A stretch of DNA of 64,000 nt from Squalus acanthias (lineage: Eukaryota). Below the pieces are notes generated by a model that had not been told where the DNA came from, did not search any database, and saw only the letters and a program-made list of their open reading frames with translations. A program made the translations under genes and the position numbers. Positions 1 through 11,481 of this stretch are shown piece by piece. The stretch spans positions 131,070,001 through 131,134,000 of the forward strand of contig CM059431.1 of NCBI GenBank assembly GCA_030390025.1, read 5' to 3'. Position 1 is the first letter of the stretch. The number at the start of each line of letters is the position of its first letter.

Positions 1-1
1 A

Positions 2-3000
2 TGGAAGAGACCACTCGTTAGGATGGAGGTGGAGAAGGTGAAAGGGACTTATCTGTTAGATACTGGAGCTTCCAGCACCATAGTCTATTCAGCCAACCCC
101 GCCGCCTCACCTCTGTCTAACTGGGGTCCCGTACAGCTTAGTGGGGTTTACAGGTAACGAGCAGACTGGCTCATTCTCCATCCCGCTGTCCATTCATTTA
201 GGAACACTCCACACCAAGTGGACCTGTGTCCTGATGAAATGGGAGTGGGAAGGGACGGGGATCCTGGGGGCCGACTTTATCACAGGCCACAGGATTCTAG
301 TGGATCTTAGGAACCACTGTCTGTGGGGAGCATGTACTGGCAGAGAAAGTGAAGTGGCAGTCATCCCAGGGAAACAGGGCAAGGGGACCTTGTGCACCCG
401 AAAACCAAAGGAAGGTTACAACCTCGAAGAAATGGTCGGTAACACTCCGATGGCCTACCAGGCATTTGTGCGAGCACACCTCGCAGCATTTGCCACTCAC
501 AAGCACGACTGTGGGAGGGTAAACGGGGTCGAGGTTAGTGTCAGCGGGGGCCCCATGACCTGACCACAGAAGCAATACAATTTCCCCAGGGAGGCGGAAG
601 CAGACATAGAAAAGGCTATGGCTTCTTTAGTAACACAGGGGGTATTGAGACCGATAGTCACCCACGTAAACTCTCCACTGTGGCCGGTTAGAAAACCGGA
701 CAACTCCTGGAGGGCCACAGTGGACTATCGGGTACTCAACCGCAACATCCCCGCCTGTGCACCCACGGTAGCAGCCGTCGCCGACCTCATCGGAAGTATC
801 CCAGCATCTGCGACCACTTTCACAGTGCTGGACATTTCCAACGGGTTTTGGTCCATCCTTTTACGAAGAGAGGACCAGTACAAGTTCGCCTTCACTTTTA
901 AAGGCCAACAGTACACCTGGAACTGCCTACCTCAGGGCTTCCACAACAGCCCGAGCATTTTTCACCAATGCATGGTGAATTGTTTGAAGGGCTTCAGCCA
1001 GCCCCGGCAGTTGGTACAGTATGTGGATGACCTACTCCTGTTCACCGATGAGGGAGAGGAACACGGTCCACTACTGGCTGAACTGCTGGAGCTGCTCCCG
1101 CAAGAAGGCTTCAAAGTGAACCCAAAGAAGGTACAGATCGGCCAACAGGAAGTAAAATTCCTAGGGCTAACTGTGCGCGCTGGGGAAAGGGCCATCGACA
1201 AAGCTAGGAGGGAAGCAGTGCAGGAGTTACCAGCCCCCAACACAGTCACAGGAGTGAGATCCTTTCTAGGGCTAACCGGGTACTGCAGAGATTTCATTGA
1301 GGATTACGCAGCCACCGCAGCCGCTCTGCTCCGACTCCTACATAAGGGTGTAGAGTGGGCCTGGGACGAGAGTTGCGAGGCAGCATTTCCCAAGTTAAAA
1401 AAAGATCTGCAGACCGCGCCGGCTCCAGGAGCCATTGATGGGGAGAGGGAGTTTTTCCCGGAGGTGGCAGCCAGTGGGGACAGTCTGAGTGCCGTGCTGC
1501 TCCAAGACAGGCATGACCGGCTGAGACCGGTGGTTTACTCCTCCAGGATACTCACCGATGTGGAGAAGGGCTATTCCAACTGTGAGAGGCACCTCCTTGC
1601 CACTCACTGGGCTGTGAAAAGATTATTGATCTTCACAGGCACGTCTCCCATCACCCTCCTCACCCATCACACGCTCACCCAGATGCTCCTAGATGGGAGA
1701 ATCAAAGACGGGACAGTGAGCAGTGCCCGTATTGGTCGCTTGAACCCTGCTTCTCTCCCAGATGGACCTAAGGGTGAAAGGTCTCTGCGAGCCGAAGCTC
1801 GCAGCCAACATGATCTACCCAGGGACTGCCCACTGCTGTTCCATTGAAGGGGTATGGGAAGTCAACATAGGTTTTCGGGCCGGGATACACCCCACAGGCC
1901 GCAAAATCTATGTGGACGGTTCGAGCACAGTATCTGCTGGCGAGCGACTCACCGGGTGTGGAGTTTATGACCAGGAGGCAGTCATTGCCCTGGCAATCAA
2001 ACTCCCCAGCACCATGAGCGCCCAGCAGGCCGAACTGTCTGCGGTAGTGTACGTGGTCACACACCCCGAGAAGTTCCCTACCAGTGAGTGGCGAGGAGGT
2101 GCCTCTCACAGTTGGAATAGCCCTTCTCCTACCTCGGACAGCATGTTCATATGCAATTCGTGTACGGAGTACCTGGCCATCTGGTCCCGTCGCGGATATA
2201 CCTCCGCTGATGGGAGACCCCTCACCATAAAGCCCCTGCTGGAGAAAATTATGGCGGCTGTAGGGGAGGAAGGGAAGGCCTATATCCATAAGGTCATGGC
2301 CCATTCAAACACAGAGCCCAGGTAGGAGAGTAACTGTAAGGAAGACGAGCTGGCCAAACAGGGGGCCAGGGAAGGGATATTCTGGGATCCGTACCAAACA
2401 GGTCCGGTAGCCGCAATCCGGAGCAAGGGAGGCACCCAGGGGGTAGCCTTGGCCCCAGACTTAAAGCAGGCCCATGCCCAGGATACCGTCCTCAAGGCCG
2501 TCCTGAATGCCCTTGAAAAAGGGGAAAAGATAGAGGGCCCGTACGGCACAGTAGCCATCACCGTTAAGGAAGGCATGCTGTTCAGGGGGGAGCAGTGGGT
2601 GGTGCCGCAGCAGCACCGAAGGGAATTCCTCCAACTGGCCCATGAGGGTCCAGGAGCGGGGAATCTCGGACCTGAGACCACCTGGCAACGGGTGGAACAG
2701 ACAGGATGGTGGCCAGGACTCAGGGAAGAGGTCCGCGAGTTTTGTGCCGGCTGTTTGGTGTGTGCTGCTAACAACCCAGACCCCCAGAAAAGAAAGGTAT
2801 CTGTGGGACACATCAGGAGGGTAGAGGGACCATGGCAGTCGATCCAGGTCGATTACTTTGGGCCCCCACCCACCGTCCAGGGAGGCTTTAATTACTGCCT
2901 AGTCCTGGTGGATGTGTTCTCAAAGTGGGTGGAAGCGTTCCCATGCCGTACTGCTACCACATTGGGTACGGCTAGGATCCTGGTCAGGGAAGTGTTCTCA

Positions 3001-4032
3001 CGATGGGGACTACCGCAGTGTGTGGAGTCCGACCAGGGGAGTCATTTTACCGGGCAGGTCATGCAAGAGACCCTCAGGGTACTCGGCATTGAAGGGAAAT
3101 GGCACGTCGCCCACAACCCGCAGTCATCGGGTCCTGTGGAGCGTTTAAACCGTACCATTAAGGAAAGGCTACAGAAGGAAACGGGAGACTCACCCAAGAA
3201 GTGGGTAGAAGTCTTACCGTTGGTCCTAATGGGGATCCGAGCCAGCCAGTCAAAAAGCACAGGGTATTCCCCACACCAGCTCATGACTGGTAGGATTATG
3301 CGGACCCCCACCCATGTGCTAGCCCCGGTGCTCACGGAGGGTCAGCTCAGAGAGGTGAACCGGGACAGCTTCGTCAGGAATCTGTTTGAACACCTTAAAC
3401 AGGTTCACTGGCAGGCTGCTAGCAACATGGGAAAACCGCATCGGAGTAACCGACTGCTGCTAGAACCCCGCAAGCACCACGAGTGGGAGATAGGGGATCA
3501 GGTCATGGTTAGGAATTTTGCCCAGGTAGGGAGTTTCGAACCACTGTACATGGGGCCGTACAGCATTGTCGACAAGGCAAGCCCCATGGTCTACGCCATA
3601 AAGATGCCCCGCCGCACGAAGTGGTTCCACATTAACCAGTGTAAACTGTTTAAACCCAAAGGGGAACAGCCAGCAAGGGCGAACCGCCCTAAAGGTAGAG
3701 ATCCTCAGCCAGCAGCTGCGGCAGACTCACAGACTGCACTGGTAGGGGCAGTGGCTTGTGTCACCGGAGGGGCTACCCCACCAATTCTGTGGGACTCGGA
3801 TGCATCCCCGGTAGCCAGAGTCCTGAGAAGGTCTCCTCGCACACCACAGCCAAAACTACCGTGGTCACCATCGCATCAGTTTCAATGGTTCAGCCCAGCA
3901 AGGGCCGCAACCCGAAAAAGAATACCCAAAGTCAGGGATCGTTCTAAGAAGAGGGATCCCCAGCCTGCGACCTCAGGCTGCGGGGAACCCACAGGACAGG
4001 ACAAGGACTCAGCAGGGGGTAGTGTGCTGTAG
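2..4032 (+). pseudogene. pol: pol of element 1, disrupted by stops and frameshifts
   Basis: Protease YLLDTGAS (frame 2, about 50-73). RT LPQG and YVDD (618..1847). Degenerate RNase H EVAASG. Second RNase H IYVDGSS/AQQAEL (1762..2325). Integrase D,D(35)E and GPY (2449..4032). Stops at 561 and 2323; frameshifts near 140 and 1740. Confidence 0.93.
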
Positions 4033-4388
4033 CACAGGAGGGGACCCTCCCCGGATTATCAGGGATTCAGGGAAACCCTCAGTTGTTTTAAGAAGGACTC
4101 TCCGGGTCCTGCGGTACAGGCCACCTTACGCCCAGGCGTACAGGCTGCTCAGAAGCTGCCCAAGGCAGAGGCCATACAGGAATTAGCCTGGCCGTCTGGA
4201 GACGGGCGGCGGATGTACAGAGTTTTAGGTATTTTAGGGGTGTTTTACAGTTTTGGTAGTTTTAGTTTTAGTGAATTATTTTTACTTAAGTAAGTTTAAA
4301 TTTTTGAGACTCGATCACCTGTCAAGCCAGAGAACCTTCTCGGGACATGGCTATCTGTTTTGTGTGTCCCTACAGAGAGGAAATCAGC

Positions 4389-5455
4389 ATGAGGAGGGTT
4401 CTGCTCCTGCTCGCCCTGGTAGGGGTGAGCATCGGTGGCCGAGGTGACGTGGAGGAATCCCACATTTATGGGTGCTCGGGAGAGAGAGCGCCGATCGTTA
4501 CCGCTAGGGGTGGCAAACCGGGTGTGGAGGAGCTCGCTATTTACTTCCACGAGGGAAGGTGGCCAGGGTGGCTGGGGTCTAACTCTACAAAATACTCCAG
4601 GCAGACCGGGTTCACCTACGGGGAGGCCTCCATCCCGTGCCCCAGGGTACAGGTCGTTGCTACAAGGGTCAGTGTCACTGAGGGGAAACGTGTGTGTCTC
4701 ACATGCAAGGGACGGAGTCCCCTGGATAGGTGGTGGTGGCTCAGGAAGCTGAGCAGGGACATATGGGACCGTACAGCTGACTGGGAATGACTGGGGAACG
4801 ACACCTACCGGACGATCACAGGGTCCCAAGGGGGTGTGAGTGTGTGTTGGGATAAGTGGTGGGAGTCGGAACAGGGAATCTATGTCTGTATGTGGGGATC
4901 AGAGAGAGCCTGCCCCACAGGCATATCCATCATCTTCTCCAGACAATGGCAAGATACCGGGAAGGGGATGGGGTGGGACTCTAGCCTGCATGCGTGCGCG
5001 CTCCCACACTCCCCGATCCCAGTCAACGCCACCGAACTCGTAGCACGCCCCCGAAAGCCCCTGCCCATGACCACGACATCACGGACAGTGATAGAGAGGT
5101 GTCTTACCACCACCAAGGGACCAGAGCATGGGCTAGTGCTAGTGTCGACTGAAAAGGTACTCTATGCAGTAGCTTCAGTTATCCTAAACCTTACCGAAGT
5201 ATACTCTAGAACAAAAGACAGTCGAGATAGGGGCCGAGATTTCGGGCATCATAATTCCACCCTGGTGGGACATTTTCGAAAATATAGAGGTCCCTTTCCT
5301 GGATCAGAATGGCTTCCCACATTTTAGTGGTCTGCCAGCTTGGCATAGTTTTCTACTTACTGTGCACAAAATGCAAGGGAAAGGACAGAGTGCTCCGATC
5401 CCGACATGAGAAAGCATGGGACCAGCATTACAATAAAGCCTATGGCCAGGTTTAG
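4389..5455 (+). pseudogene. env: env of element 1, internally deleted
   Basis: Signal peptide MRRVLLLLALVG; aligns to element 2 Env up to NLTEV. Premature TGA at 4788-4790. After about 5200 another frame reads TLEQKTVEIG...PWWDIF...SWIRMASHILVVCQ, matching the TM end of element 2 Env. Confidence 0.88.
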
Positions 5456-5735
5456 GACGAGCCTTAATTGTTTTATTAAAATGAATAAAGTTTTTGTGAC
5501 CGTGTATTATTTTTCTACGTATGTACTATATTTTCCAAGTGGTGCAGGGGTGTTGGACCCCCTCCGTGCTTGGATATGAATGTAACTGAATTCTTACCTG
5601 TGTCTGCATCTGAACACTACACCTAAAGGGGAATGTGAGTTTTGGGTCTTAGATAGGTAAACTACAGGGGAAGGTCGGCTCTCAGGGATCACGGTTTTTG
5701 CTCACCCAGTATGAAACTCTAGCGAGTAAAGTATC

Positions 5736-5746
5736 AGAGGGGGGAC
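5736..5746 (+). promoter_or_regulatory. Polypurine tract of element 1
   Basis: AGAGGGGGGAC directly before TGTAA; element 2 has AGGAGGGAC|TGTAA. Confidence 0.85.
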
Positions 5747-7245
5747 TGTAAGATTCTCAAAATTCACAGATCCCCCAAAACTCAAAGACGAACCCTAAGG
5801 AAAAAGACTTTGGACTCTTTTATAACTAATACAGGGTGGTGAAGTGCATGGGGCCTAAGCGAAGGACATTTTGAGCAAAAACCAAGATTTGGTATTTTAA
5901 AAGACATGTCTGGGCTTGTAAGGGAGAAAAGGCTGTGAAGGAAGGTGGGCTCAACCTCTGTAAAAACAGTTTGGGTATTGGAGTTAATGGAAACTGTCTG
6001 GGAACCGTATGACCTCGCTGGGAGTTAAATCGGTCCCTATCAGACATTAACATTCTTACAATAAACCCGAGGAAAAGCAGTCTCCACCCCAATTTACAGA
6101 ACCCATTAAAAACATGCATAAAACAGATCACTTCGGCCTACTCTATAGAAATCCTAGACCCAGTCAAGAAACCCAAAACTTGAGGACAATCAACTACGAT
6201 TAAGTGGTAAATCGACAGGATGGAGCCATCCCGAAACCACTTCACACCTTAACAAACAAGTTACCGTTAACGAGCCAGCTAAAATCTAACAATGACCGAG
6301 ATCTGATTTGGCGCGCAGATAAGGAAGCTTCAAGTAGTATAATTGAAGGCCCGTTCTCAACCTGAAAAAGAAGAGGAAGGAAGAACAACAAGACATCCAC
6401 GGAGGCATTCTCCGCAACACAGTTTCTCCAGCACCACCGTTCAGCGTTCCGTGTCCAGCCAGGAGGTCGACAGCTCGAAGGCCAGACTATCCAACAAAGT
6501 AGGCCGACACGTGGAAGAAACCAGAACGACAGCCTCACTGACCATCGGACACCTCGCGGCAACAAGGTCCTCACGAAACCAACTAACCGAACACCAAGTA
6601 TCAATATTGGGCCACCGCGACCAAAGAAAACCAACTCGAAGAAAAACCGAAGATCCGCAAAGTTTCCACTCTACAATCTACTCCTGACTTACCGCTGGGT
6701 AAGATTTTCCCTAAAAAACTCTAAACCCTACTTCTAAACCAAAGAAAACTGGGTACTCACCTGATAGATCCAATACGCACCCTACCGCATCAGCGGACTC
6801 GCGAAGACTGACCAGATACGCAGTTGAAGTCCTCTATCGCGTACGGGGTACGGCAGACACCAACCAACATATAGAGCGAACCCCAAAACCGCGAACTAGC
6901 CCAACTGTCAAGGATTCTGGTGAGTATCATCCCTGGTCCTCTGGAGTCCAACCTAGCTAGTGAAGTGGGATTGGGAGGGGTGAAGTATTCTTCTAATGTT
7001 ATTTCCCTCGCTTGTACCGAAGTGTTCCGCACTTTTAGAGTGTAAAGAGTGTTTGTGTTGTGTTTTACTTTCTTGAATAAAGATCAAAGTTCTTGCATCA
7101 AAACCAGTTGTCTGCTGCACTTTTTGTCACAACCCCCAAATAAGTCCAAGGTCTAGAACCAAGGGAGTGGGAGCGATTCAAACCGCTCAGAAATCAGAGG
7201 CGAAGCTGACACAAACCACTGCTCAGTACACAAAACTCCTTCACA
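5747..7245 (+). repeat. 3' LTR of element 1 (about 1.5 kb)
   Basis: Starts TGTAA after the PPT. AATAAA at 7076-7081. Ends CAAAACTCCTTCACA, like the element 2 LTR end CAAAACCCCTCACA. Partner LTR is not in the window. Confidence 0.8.
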
Positions 7246-7289
7246 CAGCGTTGAATCTCTCCAGAAGTCTCTCTCTCTCTCTCTCTCTC

Positions 7290-7659
7290 AGAATGCGTGG
7301 TTCAAAAATGTCACCAACAAAAAAAGGCAGGAAGCGTTCGCCTTTAAATAGCGCTCCCCCAGTCCCTTTTTGACTGCAAAATGCTCCCCTCAACCTGTCG
7401 TTGCTAGCAGCAGGCGGTAAGGCAGGGGGCGCCACTCAACATCCGCTCCGGGGCGCTACCGGGGCATTGCGCACTCGACTGACGTCACGATCTGCTGGTG
7501 CAGGAGATCGTGGCGGTAGTGTTTAGCGCCGCCACAAAATGTCTCGTTAATTTTGCGAGCGGCGCAAACGTTGCCGCACCCGGGCGCTAGTTGCTTTGCG
7601 CCCCATTAACACCCTCTTAAGGCGCTAACGGGAGGCGCAACCAACTGAATTTTTCCCCC
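7290..7659. mobile_element. Right end of a non-autonomous Harbinger/PIF-type element
   Basis: Ends CTGAATTTTTCCCCC|TTA; last about 100 nt nearly identical to the end of the 39675-40418 element. Confidence 0.7.
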
Positions 7660-7991
7660 TTAGTATATAACCTTTTTAGAAAAGCATACTATATAGCCTT
7701 TTTTAGAAAAATACACTATCTTATGAAAGAATTCTGGCCTTGTTGAGATATGACAGTGGTTGACCCTGAAGAGTACCTTATAAGGAACTCTACCTTATAA
7801 ATTCTTTAAAACATGACAAACAGGGTTTGGAAATTTAGAAACCTAACTATGAAATAGCTATGAAAGAATTCTGGCTATTAAAACAGGACAAGTTGTTGAC
7901 CCTGAATAAATAACCTTATTGAAACAGAAGAATGGGATGGCTCCGAGTGGCTGACCTTTTGGGAACAACATAATGGTCAACCCCTAGCTAT

Positions 7992-9026
7992 GTGATATAC
8001 GATAACATCAACAGTTTCCATCCCACCATCAAACTCACCATGGACTACTCCTCAGAATCGGTTTCATTCTTGGACACACGAATCTCCATCAAAGACGGAC
8101 GCCTCAGCACTTCACTGTACCGCAAGCCCACGGACAACCTCACGATGCTCCACTTCTCCAGCTTCCACCCTAACCACGTTAAAGAAGCCATCCCCTATGG
8201 ACAAGCCCTGCGAATACACAGGATCTGCTCAGACGAGGAGGAAAGCGATGGACACCTATGGACACTGAAAGACGCCCTCGTAAGAACGGGATATGACGCG
8301 CGACTCGTCGATCGACAGTTCCGACGGGCCACAGCGAAAAACCGCATAGACCTCCTCAGAAGGCAAACACGGGACACAACCAACAGAGTACCCTACGTCG
8401 TCCAGTACTTCCCCGGAGCAGAGAAACTGCGCCATGTTCTTCGCAGCCTTCAACATGTCATCGATGACGATGAACACCTTGCTAAGGCCATCCCCACGCC
8501 TCCACTACTCGCCTTCAAGCAGCCGCCTAACCTCAAAAGTACCATCGTTCGCAGCAAATTACCCAGCTGTCAGGAGAACAGCGACCACGACACCACACAA
8601 CCCTGCTACGGCAACCTCTGCAAGACATGCCAGATCATCAACACAGATACCATCATCACACGTGAGGACACTACCCACCAGGTACATGGTACATACTCAT
8701 GTGACTCGGCCAACGTTGTCTACCTGATACGTTGCAGGAAAGGATGCCTCAGAGCATGGTACATCGGCGAGACCATGCAGACACTGAGACAACGTATGAA
8801 CGGACACCACGCAACAATCGCCAGGCAGGATTGTTACCTCCCAGTCGGGGAACACTTCAGCAGTCAAGGACATTCAGCCTCGGATCTGCAGGTTAGCGTT
8901 CTCCAAGACGGCCTTCGAGACACACGACAACGCAAAATCATCGAGCAGAAACTGATAGCCAAGTTCCGCATCCATGAGGATGGCCTCAATAGGGATATCG
9001 GGTTCATGTCACGCTACAGAACGTGA
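7992..9026 (+). CDS. Penelope ORF fragment: RT thumb plus GIY-YIG endonuclease
   Basis: FLD..I, LYRKPTD, CxxC, NVVYLIRC and YIGET..LRQRMNGH motifs. Confidence 0.88.
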   Translation: MIYDNINSFHPTIKLTMDYSSESVSFLDTRISIKDGRLSTSLYRKPTDNLTMLHFSSFHPNHVKEAIPYGQALRIHRICSDEEESDGHLWTLKDALVRTGYDARLVDRQFRRATAKNRIDLLRRQTRDTTNRVPYVVQYFPGAEKLRHVLRSLQHVIDDDEHLAKAIPTPPLLAFKQPPNLKSTIVRSKLPSCQENSDHDTTQPCYGNLCKTCQIINTDTIITREDTTHQVHGTYSCDSANVVYLIRCRKGCLRAWYIGETMQTLRQRMNGHHATIARQDCYLPVGEHFSSQGHSASDLQVSVLQDGLRDTRQRKIIEQKLIAKFRIHEDGLNRDIGFMSRYRT

Positions 9027-9392
9027 CTCGACATCGTTGTCTGTCTTTCCAGTTTTTAAAAAAAAACACACAAAAAAACAAACCAAAAAAAAAGATTAAA
9101 AGCTCAACTGCAGACAGCAGAATTTGACACGTTGGACCCCCTGTGATCCATCTCATTGTCTTGGCTGTGCTCTGGTGTGTCTTTGAAGTAATGCTTCCCT
9201 GAAAGATTGTTTCTCTGCAGTTTCTGTGTTTATATACTGTGTAATATTGTAGATTCCTTCATTGTACCTTTACCTGACGAAGGGGCGACAGCTCCGAAAG
9301 CTTGTAATTTTAAATAAATCTGTTGGACTATAACCTGGTGTTGTGCGACTTCTCATTTTTGTCCACCCCAGTCCAACACTGGCATCTCCGCA
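8000..9392 (+). mobile_element. Penelope-like retroelement, 5' truncated
   Basis: ORF 7992..9026 followed by a hammerhead-containing tail. Flanked by the duplication TATGTGATATA (7989-7999 and 9393-9403). Confidence 0.9.
9270..9307 (+). ncRNA. Minimal type I hammerhead ribozyme in Penelope tail
   Basis: TTAC-CTGACGA-A-GGGGC(GACA)GCTCC-GAAA-GC-TT-GTAA: conserved core, stem I TTAC/GTAA, stem II, palindromic AGCT stem III. Confidence 0.8.
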
Positions 9393-10265
9393 TATGTGAT
9401 ATAAATTAAACTTCGTAAAGATGGTACATAAAATAAGGGACATCTGCCTTTCACAACTTTTATATGTTGAACCCAGAACACCTGGAGATGTGGCAGATTC
9501 TGGAATATTACAAGCTGATGTGGCAGTAAAGAATTGCAAAGGTCAGCAGAAAGATGAATAGTGATAATTAACTTGCATCAGCAGAAACCTGAAAGGAAAT
9601 ACAACTGAAAAAGGGTATAAATATTGAAGTCTCAAATGGGTTATCAGATTCGCTTTAATCGGGCAAGGCGGTTGTTGACTACAGAGGCGGTTCTGTGGTC
9701 TTCCACTCTTTGTACCTCAGGGATCAAAGGTATTTTGATATTGATGGATATCCTGTATAGAAAACTTTAAGAACTGTAATACTGTAGCGAAGTTAAGATT
9801 TAAAAGTAAGATTCCCTGTTAAAAATAAAATCGTATTTTTTCTCTTTTTAGAACTGTTAACATTGCGATTGACTGATTCACCAACTATAAATTGCATGTC
9901 GGTTCTTTTAATAAATCTCTATATATTTTTAGAATTGTCTCACATAAGTCTTCTGTATCAATAACTCACAAACTCAATCTCTGTACACACTTTGGTGGAG
10001 AGTTACATTTCTGAGGGGAATTCTCCGGACCCTCATAATATCCGGGACGTTACAGTCTGGCTAAACTTATTAAAAGCGCTATCTGGAGGATGGTAACATT
10101 CTCGGGTTGTTCCTTTCCTTTAGGGAGAAATAGCCCGGACCTTTAGACCCAGTTAAGCGTCTTTAGGATTCAGCTACCTCAAACTTTAGTTGAAAGTGAA
10201 CATCTGAGAAATACACCTGATCCAGGATAGCCCCAAAGGGGGCTAGGACTAGTAAATATCCTTTC

Positions 10266-10585
10266 ACCGCAAGGATCAGTGCTTGGGCCTCAGCTATTTA
10301 CAATCTATATTAATGACTTAGATGAGGGGACTGAGTGTAATATATCCAAGTTTGCTGATGATACAAAGCTAGGTGGGAAAGTAAGCTGTGAGGAGGATGC
10401 AAAGAGGCTGCAAAGGGATATAGAGTTAAATGATTGGGCAAGAAGGTGGCAGATGGAGTACAATCTGGGGAAGTGAGAAATTATCCACTTTGGTAGGAAG
10501 AATGGAAAAGCAAAATATTTTTAAAAGGTGAGAGATTAGTATATGTTGGGATTCAGAAGGATTTGGAGGTCCTTCTACATGAATC
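10266..10585 (+). mobile_element. CR1 LINE RT fragment
   Basis: [14 protein letters not shown] and [10 protein letters not shown]. Confidence 0.85.
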
Positions 10586-10589
10586 TACG

Positions 10590-10935
10590 TAAATTTGAGA
10601 TCATCCAAAACTCAGCTGCCCATGTCTTAACTTGCACCAATCATCACTCATCATCCCTGTGCTCGCTGGCCTCCATTGACTCCCCATTAAGCTTTGCCTC
10701 GTTTTCAAAATTCTCATCCTTGTTTTCAAATCCCTCCATGGTCTTGCCCCTCCTTATCTCTTTAATCTCCTTCAGCCCCACAACCCCACGAGATATCTGT
10801 GCTCCTCAAATTCTGCCCTCTTGAGCATCCCTGATTATAATTGCTCAACCATTGGTGGCCGTGCCTTGGGCTTAAGCTCTGAAACTCACTCACTAAACCT
10901 CTTTGCCTCTCTACCTCTCTTTCCACCTTTAAGAT
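10590..10935 (+). mobile_element. L2-like LINE 3' fragment
   Basis: IQNSAAHVLT motif; similar to 36640-37185. Confidence 0.6.
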
Positions 10936-11481
10936 TGTCCACAAGGGGGTCGACGTCTCCGACGGCCACAGCACCCATGACATAGGCGGCAATGATGCGG
11001 CCCACTCGCTCCTCCAGGTCTGTAAGGGAGTGCAGGTCCGCCTCACCTCCTCCCGCTCATAGCTGCTCCCTCCTGTTGTGAGCGAGCTTGGCCTGCAAAA
11101 AAAAGGAAAGCATGTGAGTGAGTGTGTAGCGATGTGTTTGGCATATGTGCCTACCAGAGTTGAATAGCTGCTAATGTATGCAAGGCGTGAGATGTGCATG
11201 TCACTTTTAGTAGATGGGCATAGTTGGTGGGTGAGTGTTGGGGATGTGGTGGTTTATACAGTGTGTGCACAGAGTGAGGCTGAGATGTGGCATGTAGAGG
11301 TATTTGAAGCATCTACTCACCCTGGCCACCCGAGTGAGGTCATTGAATTTATCCGGCACTGGGTGGGAGTTCTGGGGACCACACTTCTGGCCGACACGTG
11401 CTGGGCGACCTCCCTCCACATCCTCCTAAAGGCCAGTGGCAATGGCCTCCTGCCAGGGTCCGGGAAGAGCACTGCCCGTCG

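Larger units (their letters stand above)
1..7245 (+). mobile_element. Env-bearing LTR retroelement / endogenous retrovirus, element 1 (lokiretrovirus-like); 5' part lies outside the window; defective
   Basis: Order is pol (PR-RT-RH-RH-IN), env remnant, PPT, then a TG...CA LTR. Proteins align throughout with element 2. Confidence 0.9.
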
